Positions 18,677-27,590 of a stretch of 64,000 bases of DNA are shown piece after piece (the stretch's first letter is position 1; each line of letters starts with the position of its first letter). The notes below the pieces were generated by a model, which worked only from the letters and a program-made list of their open reading frames with translations, was not told the DNA's origin and searched no databases. The position numbers and the translations under genes are program-made. The stretch is from Planctomycetota bacterium (lineage in GTDB: Bacteria; Planctomycetota; Planctomycetia; Gemmatales; Gemmataceae), in assembly GCA_021413735.1 (NCBI GenBank), contig JAIOPV010000276.1:5873-69872 (forward strand), in the 5' to 3' direction.

Positions 18677-19575
18677 GGTTTCACTGGTTCCTTCGAGGCT
18701 ACGGTGGGTTGTCGCTTCATGACCCAGAGGTTCCGGTCACCGTCTGAGTAGAAGCGGGTCGGGCGCAGGCGATCCTGCGGTGGCGTACCGGCCTTGAAGC
18801 CGCTTTCCGGGTAGCAGACCTTCAGCGTGTCGTCGTCGATAAACTCGTAGATCGCGGGCAGGTAGCCGTCTTCCGGCGGGGCCGGGTTGCCGCCCTTGGT
18901 GTTCCGGAAGTCGATCGCCCGAGGCGATTTCGTCGGGTCAATCGTGTAGTCCGCGCCGACGGACGGGGTGGGGGATTTCGACGTCGCCTTCCACTCGATC
19001 CGCGTCTTGGTGATGACGCACACGTGACCCGAGTACGGACCGGGTCGGATCTTGTCCGACGCATCGTCGAGGCTCGTGAGCATCGTCCAGGTGCCGAGGA
19101 GCAACTCGGCGTCCTTGCCGGTGGTCCGCGTGGGGCGAGGTGAGCCGGGCTTGATGCGCTCGAGCAGAAAGAAGGTGGACTGGCGACCGCCGCTGTACCC
19201 CTTCGGCCGCGTCGTTTCGTGGAAGGAGATCTTCAGGTAGTCCGGCAGGTACAGGTCGTAGATGCCGGGGAGCGGCTTGTCGGCCTTGCCGCCAACCGGC
19301 TGCAAATCCAACTCGTTGAGCGCGCCCTTCTCCTTGGCCTCCCGGATCACGATCGTCGCGGCGAAGTGACTGACCTTGCCGTCGGCCGATTTCCACTCCA
19401 GCCGGTCGCCCTTGATCGTCACGACCGAGTCCCGCAGTACCGGGTCGTCGAGCGCGTCCGCGTCGCTCCGGTGGGCGAGCAGGACACGCCACGAGCCGTC
19501 GAGCGCGGGCGGGTCGGCCCGGAGGGCTCCGGGGCCGACCGCGGCGAGACACATCAAGCCAAAGAAGTAACGCAT
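18673..19575 (-). CDS. TIGR03067-domain protein (two domains), secreted
   Basis: Start MRYFFGLM. LDGSWRV, LLGTWTM, IDPTKSPRAIDF, AIYEFIDDDTLKVCY and SDGDRNLWVMKR. ATGA-coupled to the downstream cytochrome gene. Confidence 0.8.
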   Translation of the reverse strand: MRYFFGLMCLAAVGPGALRADPPALDGSWRVLLAHRSDADALDDPVLRDSVVTIKGDRLEWKSADGKVSHFAATIVIREAKEKGALNELDLQPVGGKADKPLPGIYDLYLPDYLKISFHETTRPKGYSGGRQSTFFLLERIKPGSPRPTRTTGKDAELLLGTWTMLTSLDDASDKIRPGPYSGHVCVITKTRIEWKATSKSPTPSVGADYTIDPTKSPRAIDFRNTKGGNPAPPEDGYLPAIYEFIDDDTLKVCYPESGFKAGTPPQDRLRPTRFYSDGDRNLWVMKRQPTVASKEPVKP

Positions 19576-19614
19576 GGGGCATCCGGGGAATGAGGTCAAA
19601 CCAACTCGGGGATC

Positions 19615-19675
19615 GTCGGGGCACTGTCGATGGAACTCATCAGGTCGCGATTCGGTGCCCCGACCGTCCATCGAC
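19615..19675. repeat. Interleaved inverted repeats (B-A-B'-A')
   Basis: gtcggggcac (19615-24) pairs with gtgccccgac (19655-64); gtcgatgga (19626-34) pairs with tccatcgac (19667-75). Confidence 0.85.
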
Positions 19676-19689
19676 TCCGGGGCGCACGG

Positions 19690-21006
19690 TTATCCCAGCA
19701 GTTCCTTCACACTCCGGCGGCTGTCGCCGAATCGGTCGGCAGGAACGTCCAGGCGTTCCGACATGGTGCGAAGCACGTCGCAGATCGTGGTTTCTTGCAC
19801 CTTCGCAGACCTGTCGAGCTTGCCCATGTGGTCCTTGTGCGGATTGAAGCGCAGATGGCTGCCGTGCTTGAGGCCCAGCCGACTGCCGCCCGCCAGCAGC
19901 ATCGGCAGGTTCGACGGATTGTGCGTCCAGCTCATGCCGCCGCCGAAGAGCACCATGGTGTTCGCCAGCAGCGTGCTCTCGCCTTCCTTGGTCTCGTTGA
20001 GCCGTTCGAGGAACCGGGCCAGATGGGCGACAAACCACTTGTCCACGCTTTCGAGTAAGGCGAAGTCTTTCGGGCGTTGCGCCTCGGTGTCGTAGTTGGT
20101 GGCGTGCGAAGCGCGGTGGTGCGTGTCGTTACCGAACTGGGGCCATTGCCCGAAAAACTCGTGGCCCGAGCCGCAGGCGAGGATCGACACGATCCGCGTC
20201 TGATCGTTACGGAGCGCCAGCGCGACCAGATCGAGCATGGTTTGGAAATAATCCTGTCGTTGCGATTGCGGATCGACGTCGAGCTTCAGATTGTCGGCTG
20301 AGATTGGCAATGGTTTGGAGGCGAAGTACCCGCGATCGGCTTGCAACCGGCTTTCCACGTCGCGAACACTTTGTAAGTAGTCGTCGAACCGCTGGCGGTC
20401 GTTCTTGCCCAGTTGCTTCGAGAGCCCCTTTGCCTGTTCGCCGACAAGGTCGAGGACGCTGGACCGCCGATCGAGCCGGGAAAGGACATCAGGGGAGCCA
20501 AACAACTCGCCGAAAAGCCGGCGGAGGTTGTTCTCGGCATTGACCGGCGTCCCCTTGGCGTCGAACGACGTGGTGACGCTCCCCCCCGGAGCGCTGAGTA
20601 CCAGGCTGGGGATGCGCGTGCGGCTGCCGATCGCTCCGGCGATGTGCTGATCGATCGAGATCGTGTTCGGCTCGACCGGGCCGTCCTTGCTCTTGTACTT
20701 TTCGTTGCCGGTCAGCCAGACGCCGACTTCATAGTGTCCGCCGCCCGCCCCCTTGGCGTGCTCCAGTCCGGAAAAGATGGTCAGCTCCTTGCGGAAGGGC
20801 GTCAGCGCCGCGAGCGTACTGCTGATCTTGTAGTCGGGGCCGAGCGCTTTCGGGTGCCAGCGCCACATGTTGACGCCGCTGGGCACCATGAAGAAGACGG
20901 CCCGGCCCGGGGCTTTGGCTTGCTTCTCCGCGGCGGCGAGAGTTTCCAGCCAGGGCAAGGGCAGGCAGACGCCGGCGGCCTTGAGAACATTACGTCGAGT
21001 GAGCAT
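19690..21006 (-). CDS. DUF1552 protein, module 4
   Basis: 438 aa. MLTRRNVLKAAGVCLPLPWLE, DQTRIVS, HHRASH and TLLANTMVLFGGGM. Confidence 0.92.
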   Translation of the reverse strand: MLTRRNVLKAAGVCLPLPWLETLAAAEKQAKAPGRAVFFMVPSGVNMWRWHPKALGPDYKISSTLAALTPFRKELTIFSGLEHAKGAGGGHYEVGVWLTGNEKYKSKDGPVEPNTISIDQHIAGAIGSRTRIPSLVLSAPGGSVTTSFDAKGTPVNAENNLRRLFGELFGSPDVLSRLDRRSSVLDLVGEQAKGLSKQLGKNDRQRFDDYLQSVRDVESRLQADRGYFASKPLPISADNLKLDVDPQSQRQDYFQTMLDLVALALRNDQTRIVSILACGSGHEFFGQWPQFGNDTHHRASHATNYDTEAQRPKDFALLESVDKWFVAHLARFLERLNETKEGESTLLANTMVLFGGGMSWTHNPSNLPMLLAGGSRLGLKHGSHLRFNPHKDHMGKLDRSAKVQETTICDVLRTMSERLDVPADRFGDSRRSVKELLG

Positions 21007-21018
21007 GGGAAATCTCCG

Positions 21019-23619
21019 TTAGCCGTGGGTGAACGAGTTACTGAGGATGATCGACTTGATCACCTCGCGCAGTTTCCAGCCATCGCGGCGGGCGGACCGA
21101 ACCAACTCGCGAACCCCCGCTTCATCGTGCAGACGGACCTGACGAGCCAGGGCATACCCCATCAGCTGCCGCAAAAGCACCTCGCCGAACTGGTAGCGCG
21201 AATTCGCCTGTTCGTCTTTTAGCAACGCCGTGAACTCCGCCAGATTGGCAAACGTCCGGCCATCCGGAACCTTGCCGGAACAGTCCGTGATCGGTGCGGG
21301 GGTGTTGGGCTTGATCGGCTTCGGAGTGATCTTTTGCCCCAGGTAGTCGAGGTCGGCCCAGACGAAGCCGAGCGGGTCGATCTTGCGGTGGCACAGTTGG
21401 CAGGTGTTGATCGACGTATGGAGCTTGACCTGTTCGCGGATCGTCAGCTTGCCGCGCGTTTTCTCTTGCTTGGCCTGGACTTCGAGCGGCTCGACGTTGC
21501 CCGGCGGCGTGCCGGGATGTTCGCCCAGGAACCGTTGAAGGAGGTAGACCCCGCGGTGGATGGTCGCTTCCTTGTTGCCCCGCGAGGCCGCCACGACAAC
21601 GCCGGCCGTGGTCAACCAGCCCCACCTACGGTCGGTCGGTGCCGGCACGGTTCGGAACTCGCTACCGGTTACGTCAGCAATGCCGTAGTAGCTCGCCAGC
21701 CGATCGTTCACCAACAGGTAGTCACCGCCGATCAGTTCTTGCAGCGGGCGATTGTTCTTCAGCACGTGCTCGAAGTGGCGCACCGGCTCACGCGCCAGAT
21801 CGTGCTTGAGGCGAACTTCGCGCAGTCCAGCCACCTTGGCGTGGCTGAAACTGCGAAGGGTCAACCCGAAGTCGATTGGATCGTTCTCGACACGCTCCAG
21901 CGCCAGCAGCCGGCCTACGAAATCCGCGGTGAAGACTTGACTGCGTTCGTCGTCTAGCAGCCGGTCGACCTGGCTGGCCAACACCTTGGGATCGTGCAGC
22001 TTCTTCTGCTCGGCGAGCTTGAGCAGTTCGGCATCCGGGCCGCGCCCCCAGAGGAACATCGAGAGCCGATTGGCCAGTTCCAGATCGGTGAGAGGAGCGA
22101 CCTTCTCGGCCTTGCGTTCGACGATGTAGATGGCGAACGGTGATACCAGCACCGCGGTCAGCGGTTGCAGCAAGGCCCCGTCGCGGCTGTCGCCGGCCTT
22201 GCGCCGTGATTGGTAAAGCTTGACGAACGGGGCGACCTCCTCCGCGGTCACCGGTCGCCGCCAGGCCCTGGAGGCGACTTCGGTGAGGATCGCCGACGCT
22301 CGCTCTTTCTCGTCGGTCAACTTGTCGCCCGCTGCCAGGAGCGTCTGATGGCGGCGCGGCGGCCAAACCAGCGTGCCGGGGCCGTTGACCTCGATCTGAT
22401 CCAACACCAGCATCGGCTCCTGCCACGGCCAAACCTGTGGCTTGCCTTTTTCTGTCACCGGCTTCACTCGATCCGTGATCGGCATGTAGTCGTTGGTGAT
22501 CCGCAGGCTCACTCGGCCGGAGCGTTCGAAAAGCACCCACGGGAAATCGAGCAAATCCAGCGGGATTTCCACGTCGTAATCCTGAAGTTTGTCCGGCGAG
22601 TTCGTCACCGGGAACGACGCGATTTCCTTTCCGTAAATCTGGTTGACCACGTTGTTGTGCAGGGCCACACGCAGAACCGGAGCACCTTCCCCCTTGGGGA
22701 TGACTGCCGCCGCACGGATGCGAACGTGCAGCACGCCGGACTTCGGAAACAAGGGCAACTCGAGGTAACACGAACCCGCGTTCACCTTGTCGCGGCCCAG
22801 ATAGCCCTCGTCACTGCGGTAAATCGGCGGCAGGCTGAACGTGTCGTCCGCGTTTCGCTCCGTCACACCGAAGCTGACCGTGGCGGGCTGTGCCACGTCG
22901 GTTTGCTTCACAGCGACCTTGCCGCCAAACCCTTGTTCACCGGGTTTGAAGCCGGAGACATTGACTCGTTGGATGAGCGATCGCGGATCGATGCGATACG
23001 TGAACGGCGTGGGTCTCGCTTCGGGTGCCAGCACCGCCGAGACCGCTTTCTCGGTCAATTCGACGTAGGTCTTCAGGTGAAGACTTTGGAAGTTGAGCAA
23101 GTCGCCGTCGTTGAGCGGGGCTTCGGTCTGCGGGTCGTTGGGCAGTTTCTCCCAGAGGTGGATTGGCACGTTGGAGAAATGCAGCCCGAGCACGTCTTCC
23201 AGCATTCGGGCATACTCGACCCGCGTCAGGCGTCGCATGGTGGTTCGGCCGGTACCGCCACGGTCGGCGAGCACACCCCGTTCGGAAGCCTCGCGGATCC
23301 ACGTCGTGAGTGTGGCAAGTTCGTCGGTGGTGAGCTTGGGTTTGTCGCGGGGCGGCATCTCGCCGCGGACCAGCATGGAGTAGACGTTCTCCCATCTGGC
23401 CCGCACCTTGGCGTTGACCAGGTCGGGGGCCGGGCCGTCGAGCCGGATGTCGCCTTTCGGCTTCTCGGCTCCATGGCAGGAGACGCAGTGCTTGGCGAGC
23501 AGCGGCTTGACGACGCGGTCGAAGTCGGTCGGCTGCTCGGCCCGCACTGACTGCACACCGGCCGTGAGCAGCGCGAGCATCGCGCCGAGACAGGTCGATG
23601 TTGTTCTTGAACTGGCCAT
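21019..23619 (-). CDS. DUF1592-type diheme cytochrome c, module 4
   Basis: 866 aa. CVSCH, RRLTRVEY, ELANRLSMFLW and CQLCH. Confidence 0.93.
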   Translation of the reverse strand: MASSRTTSTCLGAMLALLTAGVQSVRAEQPTDFDRVVKPLLAKHCVSCHGAEKPKGDIRLDGPAPDLVNAKVRARWENVYSMLVRGEMPPRDKPKLTTDELATLTTWIREASERGVLADRGGTGRTTMRRLTRVEYARMLEDVLGLHFSNVPIHLWEKLPNDPQTEAPLNDGDLLNFQSLHLKTYVELTEKAVSAVLAPEARPTPFTYRIDPRSLIQRVNVSGFKPGEQGFGGKVAVKQTDVAQPATVSFGVTERNADDTFSLPPIYRSDEGYLGRDKVNAGSCYLELPLFPKSGVLHVRIRAAAVIPKGEGAPVLRVALHNNVVNQIYGKEIASFPVTNSPDKLQDYDVEIPLDLLDFPWVLFERSGRVSLRITNDYMPITDRVKPVTEKGKPQVWPWQEPMLVLDQIEVNGPGTLVWPPRRHQTLLAAGDKLTDEKERASAILTEVASRAWRRPVTAEEVAPFVKLYQSRRKAGDSRDGALLQPLTAVLVSPFAIYIVERKAEKVAPLTDLELANRLSMFLWGRGPDAELLKLAEQKKLHDPKVLASQVDRLLDDERSQVFTADFVGRLLALERVENDPIDFGLTLRSFSHAKVAGLREVRLKHDLAREPVRHFEHVLKNNRPLQELIGGDYLLVNDRLASYYGIADVTGSEFRTVPAPTDRRWGWLTTAGVVVAASRGNKEATIHRGVYLLQRFLGEHPGTPPGNVEPLEVQAKQEKTRGKLTIREQVKLHTSINTCQLCHRKIDPLGFVWADLDYLGQKITPKPIKPNTPAPITDCSGKVPDGRTFANLAEFTALLKDEQANSRYQFGEVLLRQLMGYALARQVRLHDEAGVRELVRSARRDGWKLREVIKSIILSNSFTHG

Positions 23620-23642
23620 TTCTGAGTGCTCTCGCTTGAGTA

Positions 23643-23810
23643 CTACCCCTTCCCAACAACTTCCTCGATCGCCTTCCCGCCCGGAGCGACCGTGCGCACC
23701 GGACGGCTCCCGGCGTGCAAATCCTTCGTCGGGTCGATGCCCAGCAGCGTCAGCACGGTGGCCATGAAGTCCGGACCGCTCACGGGTCGGTCCACCACTT
23801 CCGCGGCCTT
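23643..23810 (-). pseudogene. Headless 3' tail of a DUF1501 gene
   Basis: KAAEVVDRPVSGPDFMATVLTLLGIDPTKDLHAGSRPVRTVAPGGKAIEEVVGKG*. Positions 23710-23810 are 100/101 identical to 27658-27758. Confidence 0.92.
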
Positions 23811-23829
23811 CACGTTGATGAGGTCTCGC

Positions 23830-25167
23830 TCAGGTCAATTGCCGAAGCGGCCCGGTGCTGTCGCCGAATCGCGGCATTCGGACGCCCGCTTGCTCAAGCA
23901 TAGCGAGGTAGAGGTTCGCAATCGGGGTCTCGGCGGGGTAGACGCGATGGAAGCCGAGACGCAACGAGCCGTTCCCGCGCCCCGCGAGCAGCACCGGGAG
24001 ATCATCGTAATTGTGATCGTTGCCACGGCCGATGCTGCAGCCGAACATCACCTGCGACCGGTCGAACAGGCTGTGCTCGCCTTCGCGGGTGTTCTTGAGA
24101 CGGTCGAGCAGGTAGGCGAAGAAGCTGATGTGGTAGGCGCCGATGGCCGTGTACTTGTCCTGCCGAGTTTTGTCGGCACCATAGTGGGAAACCTCGTGGT
24201 GGCCGTTGCGTACGTTGATTTCCGGATAGGATCGTTGGCTGGCGTCGTTCCCCAGCATGAGGCTGCCAACGCGGATCGAATCCGTCGCCAGGGCCACGAC
24301 AAGCAGGTCGATCATGAGACGGGTGTGTTCGGCGAAATCGGCGGGAACGATCGGCAAGGGTCCGTTGGCTGTGAGCGACCTGTCCGGGACCGGTGGGTTG
24401 CGCTCGTAGGCTTGCACGCGGCGCTCGATTTCTCGGACGCTCTCGAGATACTGCTCGACCTTGAGGCGATCGGCCGCCCCCACCCGCTGGGTTAACTCGC
24501 GTGCCTCGGCGCGTACGAAATCGAGAATGCTGCGCCGCTGGCGGACTTCGTCCTCACGGGCAGCCCCTGCATCCGCAAACAGCCGCTCGAAGACGCTGCA
24601 CGGACTGATGTCGCGGCTGAGCGGCGTGGTCGGCGTCCGCCAGGAAATCGTCGTTGTGTAGGCGCAGTGATATCCGACATCACAGGTCCCGGTGCCGGTC
24701 GGCGTTTCGACGCTCAGCTCGAGCGACGGGAGCCGCGTCCGCGTGCCGAGTTCCCGGGCGAGGACCTGGTCGACGGAAATGCCCGACCGCACATCGCTGC
24801 CCAGCGTCACGCGGGGAGTGCTGCAGGTGAGGAAGCAACCCGAACCCGGTGCGTGCCCCGCACGCTTAGGCCCGCCGCGATACGCCTCCATGTTCGCCAG
24901 GTGCGTCAGCACGCTGAAATCGGCAATGTGTGGCTTGAGCGAGCGAAGAATTTCGGGGAGTTTCTCCAGGCGGCCTTCGGCCGCGGGAGTCCAATTGGGC
25001 ATGTACATGCCATTCGGCCCGTAGACGAAGAGCGTGCGCACCGGCGGCGGCCCGCTCTGGTCGGCACGCAGCGGCTGCATGGCCTCAAGCCACGGCAGAG
25101 CCAGCGATACGCCCGCCGACCGCAGTAGCGCTCTTCGCGAGATCGGTCGATGGTGCAGGATGTTCAT
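23830..25167 (-). CDS. DUF1552 protein, module 5
   Basis: 445 aa. ISRRALLRSAGVSLALPWLEAM, PNGMYM, HHEVSHY and GRGNDHNYDDLPVLLAG. Confidence 0.93.
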   Translation of the reverse strand: MNILHHRPISRRALLRSAGVSLALPWLEAMQPLRADQSGPPPVRTLFVYGPNGMYMPNWTPAAEGRLEKLPEILRSLKPHIADFSVLTHLANMEAYRGGPKRAGHAPGSGCFLTCSTPRVTLGSDVRSGISVDQVLARELGTRTRLPSLELSVETPTGTGTCDVGYHCAYTTTISWRTPTTPLSRDISPCSVFERLFADAGAAREDEVRQRRSILDFVRAEARELTQRVGAADRLKVEQYLESVREIERRVQAYERNPPVPDRSLTANGPLPIVPADFAEHTRLMIDLLVVALATDSIRVGSLMLGNDASQRSYPEINVRNGHHEVSHYGADKTRQDKYTAIGAYHISFFAYLLDRLKNTREGEHSLFDRSQVMFGCSIGRGNDHNYDDLPVLLAGRGNGSLRLGFHRVYPAETPIANLYLAMLEQAGVRMPRFGDSTGPLRQLT

Positions 25168-25206
25168 GATAAGCGTCTCCGAACTCGGATGGAAAATCAG
25201 CGTGAA

Positions 25207-27561
25207 CTATCGGTTATTGAAGGCCGGGCTGGCGATGATTCCGCGGATCAGTCCGCGCGATCGGTCCTTGTTCCGTGCCAGCGCGTCGACGATCGCCTGA
25301 ATCGCACGCACGTCCGCTGGGTCCGGCCCACGGCCCAGGGCGTAAATCATCATCTTCTCGGTCAAACAGCTCAGAAACTGCTCTTTGCGGGGGCCGACCA
25401 GGATTTTCTTGAGGCCCTCGACGCCCTGCACCTTCTCGCCCGAGGGAAGGACTGCCGTCGCATCGACGGGATGCCCCGAATCGTCCACTTTCCGTACTTT
25501 GCCGATGATGTCGAAGCCTTCGAGCGCAAATCCCAGCGGATCGATGCGGTTATGGCAGACCGCGCAACGAGCGTTGGACCGATGCTTTTCAAGCTGCTGG
25601 CGGAGGGACAACTTGGACTTGCTCGCCGCCTCGTTTGAGGAGTCCAGGTTCGGCACGTCCGGCGGCGGTGGCGGCGGGGGAGCATTGAGCAGGTTCTCGA
25701 GGATCCACGCCCCACGCACGACGGGCGAAGTCCGCGTCGGATACGAGGTCGCCGCCAGCACCGACGCGTGCGTCAGCAAGCCGCCCCGGCCCTTAACCTC
25801 GACCCGCTGGAAACCGGCGTCATCCGGGACTTTCGGCAGACCGTAGAACCGGGCGAGGGATTCATTCACCAATGAAAAATCGGCGTCAATGAGCGTGGTC
25901 AATGGCAGGTCTTTGCGGAGCACCGTAGCAAAGAACAGCTCGGTTTCGCGCACCGCTGAATCGCGAACCTGCTCGAAGTCGGCGTATCGCTTGTTCTTCG
26001 GATCGGGGCGAAACTCCTTGAGGCGGGCGAACTTCAACCACTGATGCGTGAAACTGCGGCAGAATTCCTCGAAGCGGGCATCGCCGATCATCCGGTCAAC
26101 GTGCCGATCCAGTTCTTTGCGAAGCCGACCCGCGCGAGCAGCGTCGAACAGTTCCTTGTCGGGCATGGTGTTCCAGAGAAAAAACGAGAGGCGGTTCGCA
26201 AGCTCAAACTCATCGACGGGCCTTGGCCCGCCCTTGCCTCGTTCGGCTTCCACTATGAACAGGAAGTTCGGCGAACAGAGCATCGCTTGCAGGGCCAGTT
26301 GCACGCCTTGATCGAACGACTGCCCCCCGGAATGTGCCTTCTCGACGATGGCAACAAGGCGGGCAACCTGCTCGCGCGTGGCCGGTCGTCGGTAGGCGCG
26401 AGTCGCCAGCGGCTCGAAGATGGCCTCGGCAGCCTCGCGCACACTCCTGGTCTTGCTGGGCCGCGCGACCACCACCCGACGATGCGGCTCGGGATAGGTG
26501 CTGTCGGAGGTCTGAGACGGCCGAGCAATGAGCACCCGTTCAAGCAGGATCGGCCCGCGCTTCGGTGCTTTTTCGCCCTTGGGCACCGGCTCCGGGATCG
26601 GCCGAAATGTGAACTCCGCCTTGCCCTTGGGCAGCCGCAGGCGGACCTTCGTCCAGGTCAACGACGACGATGCGACGGGAACCCGGAACGCCTCCGTTCC
26701 GCCGATATCGACTGCCAACTGCAGGGGCTTGGAGCCGATGTTCTCACCCAGCGCCTGCACCTTGATGACATACTCGTCGTCGTCCGGAATCTCGAACGTA
26801 TGGGCGAGGAACTTGCCCCCCGGCGGAGCCCAAGGGAGCTTTTTGCCGGTGAACTCAAGGCCGAAAGTATCGTCATTCGGACCTCTCACCCGGGCGAGCG
26901 GCCATTCGAGCTTGGCCACGACCGGCGCGGCATCATCCGGGTCGGTGATGATCACTGCGGCGGCGATCTCCTTGGCCATGCGCAGGTACTGCTCCATCAA
27001 GATGGGCGAGATCGTCAGGTGCTCGCCGATATTGTCGAAGCCGTAGCCGATTTCATCCGCAGGCAGATGGGTCGTGGGATCATAGTCCACGCCGAGAAGG
27101 TCGCGGATCACGTTGCGATACTGCACGCGGTTGAGGCGGCGCAGCGGCGTCGGAGGTGGCACGCGCGTGGAGGCGAGGAGGCGTTGTTTCAGCGCCGGTT
27201 GAAGCTCCGTCAGGAACCGATCGACCTCTTCGGCCGCGGGTTGAGTCTTGTCGGCGGGAGGCATCGAGCGCGATTCAACCTGCTCAATGACTTTGGTCCA
27301 GGTTCCATGCCGATCTGCCCAGTCGGAGGCCAGCAGGTCGTCGAGCCGGGTCATCCCCTTGGCGGACTTCCCGGAGTGGCACGAAAGACAGTGCTTCTTG
27401 AGAAACGCCGGGGCCGTTTCCTGCACAAACTGCTCGCTACGTTCAGGTGCCCGGGCGAGCAGTTCCGAAGAACCCGTCTGCAAAAAACCCGAAGTCGCCA
27501 CGAGGATCACGAGGATCACGAGGATGACGCCGGTGCGTCTGCTGGCGGTTGAACTGGTCAT
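25207..27561 (-). CDS. DUF1592-type diheme cytochrome c, module 5
   Basis: 784 aa. CLSCH, RRLNRVQYRN, ELANRLSFFLW, TSPVVRG and CAVCH. A 9-bp x3 repeat (27499-27525) encodes VILVILVIL in the signal peptide. Confidence 0.93.
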   Translation of the reverse strand: MTSSTASRRTGVILVILVILVATSGFLQTGSSELLARAPERSEQFVQETAPAFLKKHCLSCHSGKSAKGMTRLDDLLASDWADRHGTWTKVIEQVESRSMPPADKTQPAAEEVDRFLTELQPALKQRLLASTRVPPPTPLRRLNRVQYRNVIRDLLGVDYDPTTHLPADEIGYGFDNIGEHLTISPILMEQYLRMAKEIAAAVIITDPDDAAPVVAKLEWPLARVRGPNDDTFGLEFTGKKLPWAPPGGKFLAHTFEIPDDDEYVIKVQALGENIGSKPLQLAVDIGGTEAFRVPVASSSLTWTKVRLRLPKGKAEFTFRPIPEPVPKGEKAPKRGPILLERVLIARPSQTSDSTYPEPHRRVVVARPSKTRSVREAAEAIFEPLATRAYRRPATREQVARLVAIVEKAHSGGQSFDQGVQLALQAMLCSPNFLFIVEAERGKGGPRPVDEFELANRLSFFLWNTMPDKELFDAARAGRLRKELDRHVDRMIGDARFEEFCRSFTHQWLKFARLKEFRPDPKNKRYADFEQVRDSAVRETELFFATVLRKDLPLTTLIDADFSLVNESLARFYGLPKVPDDAGFQRVEVKGRGGLLTHASVLAATSYPTRTSPVVRGAWILENLLNAPPPPPPPDVPNLDSSNEAASKSKLSLRQQLEKHRSNARCAVCHNRIDPLGFALEGFDIIGKVRKVDDSGHPVDATAVLPSGEKVQGVEGLKKILVGPRKEQFLSCLTEKMMIYALGRGPDPADVRAIQAIVDALARNKDRSRGLIRGIIASPAFNNR

Positions 27562-27590
27562 GACTAATCACTCTCCTCCGGGGTGGATAG

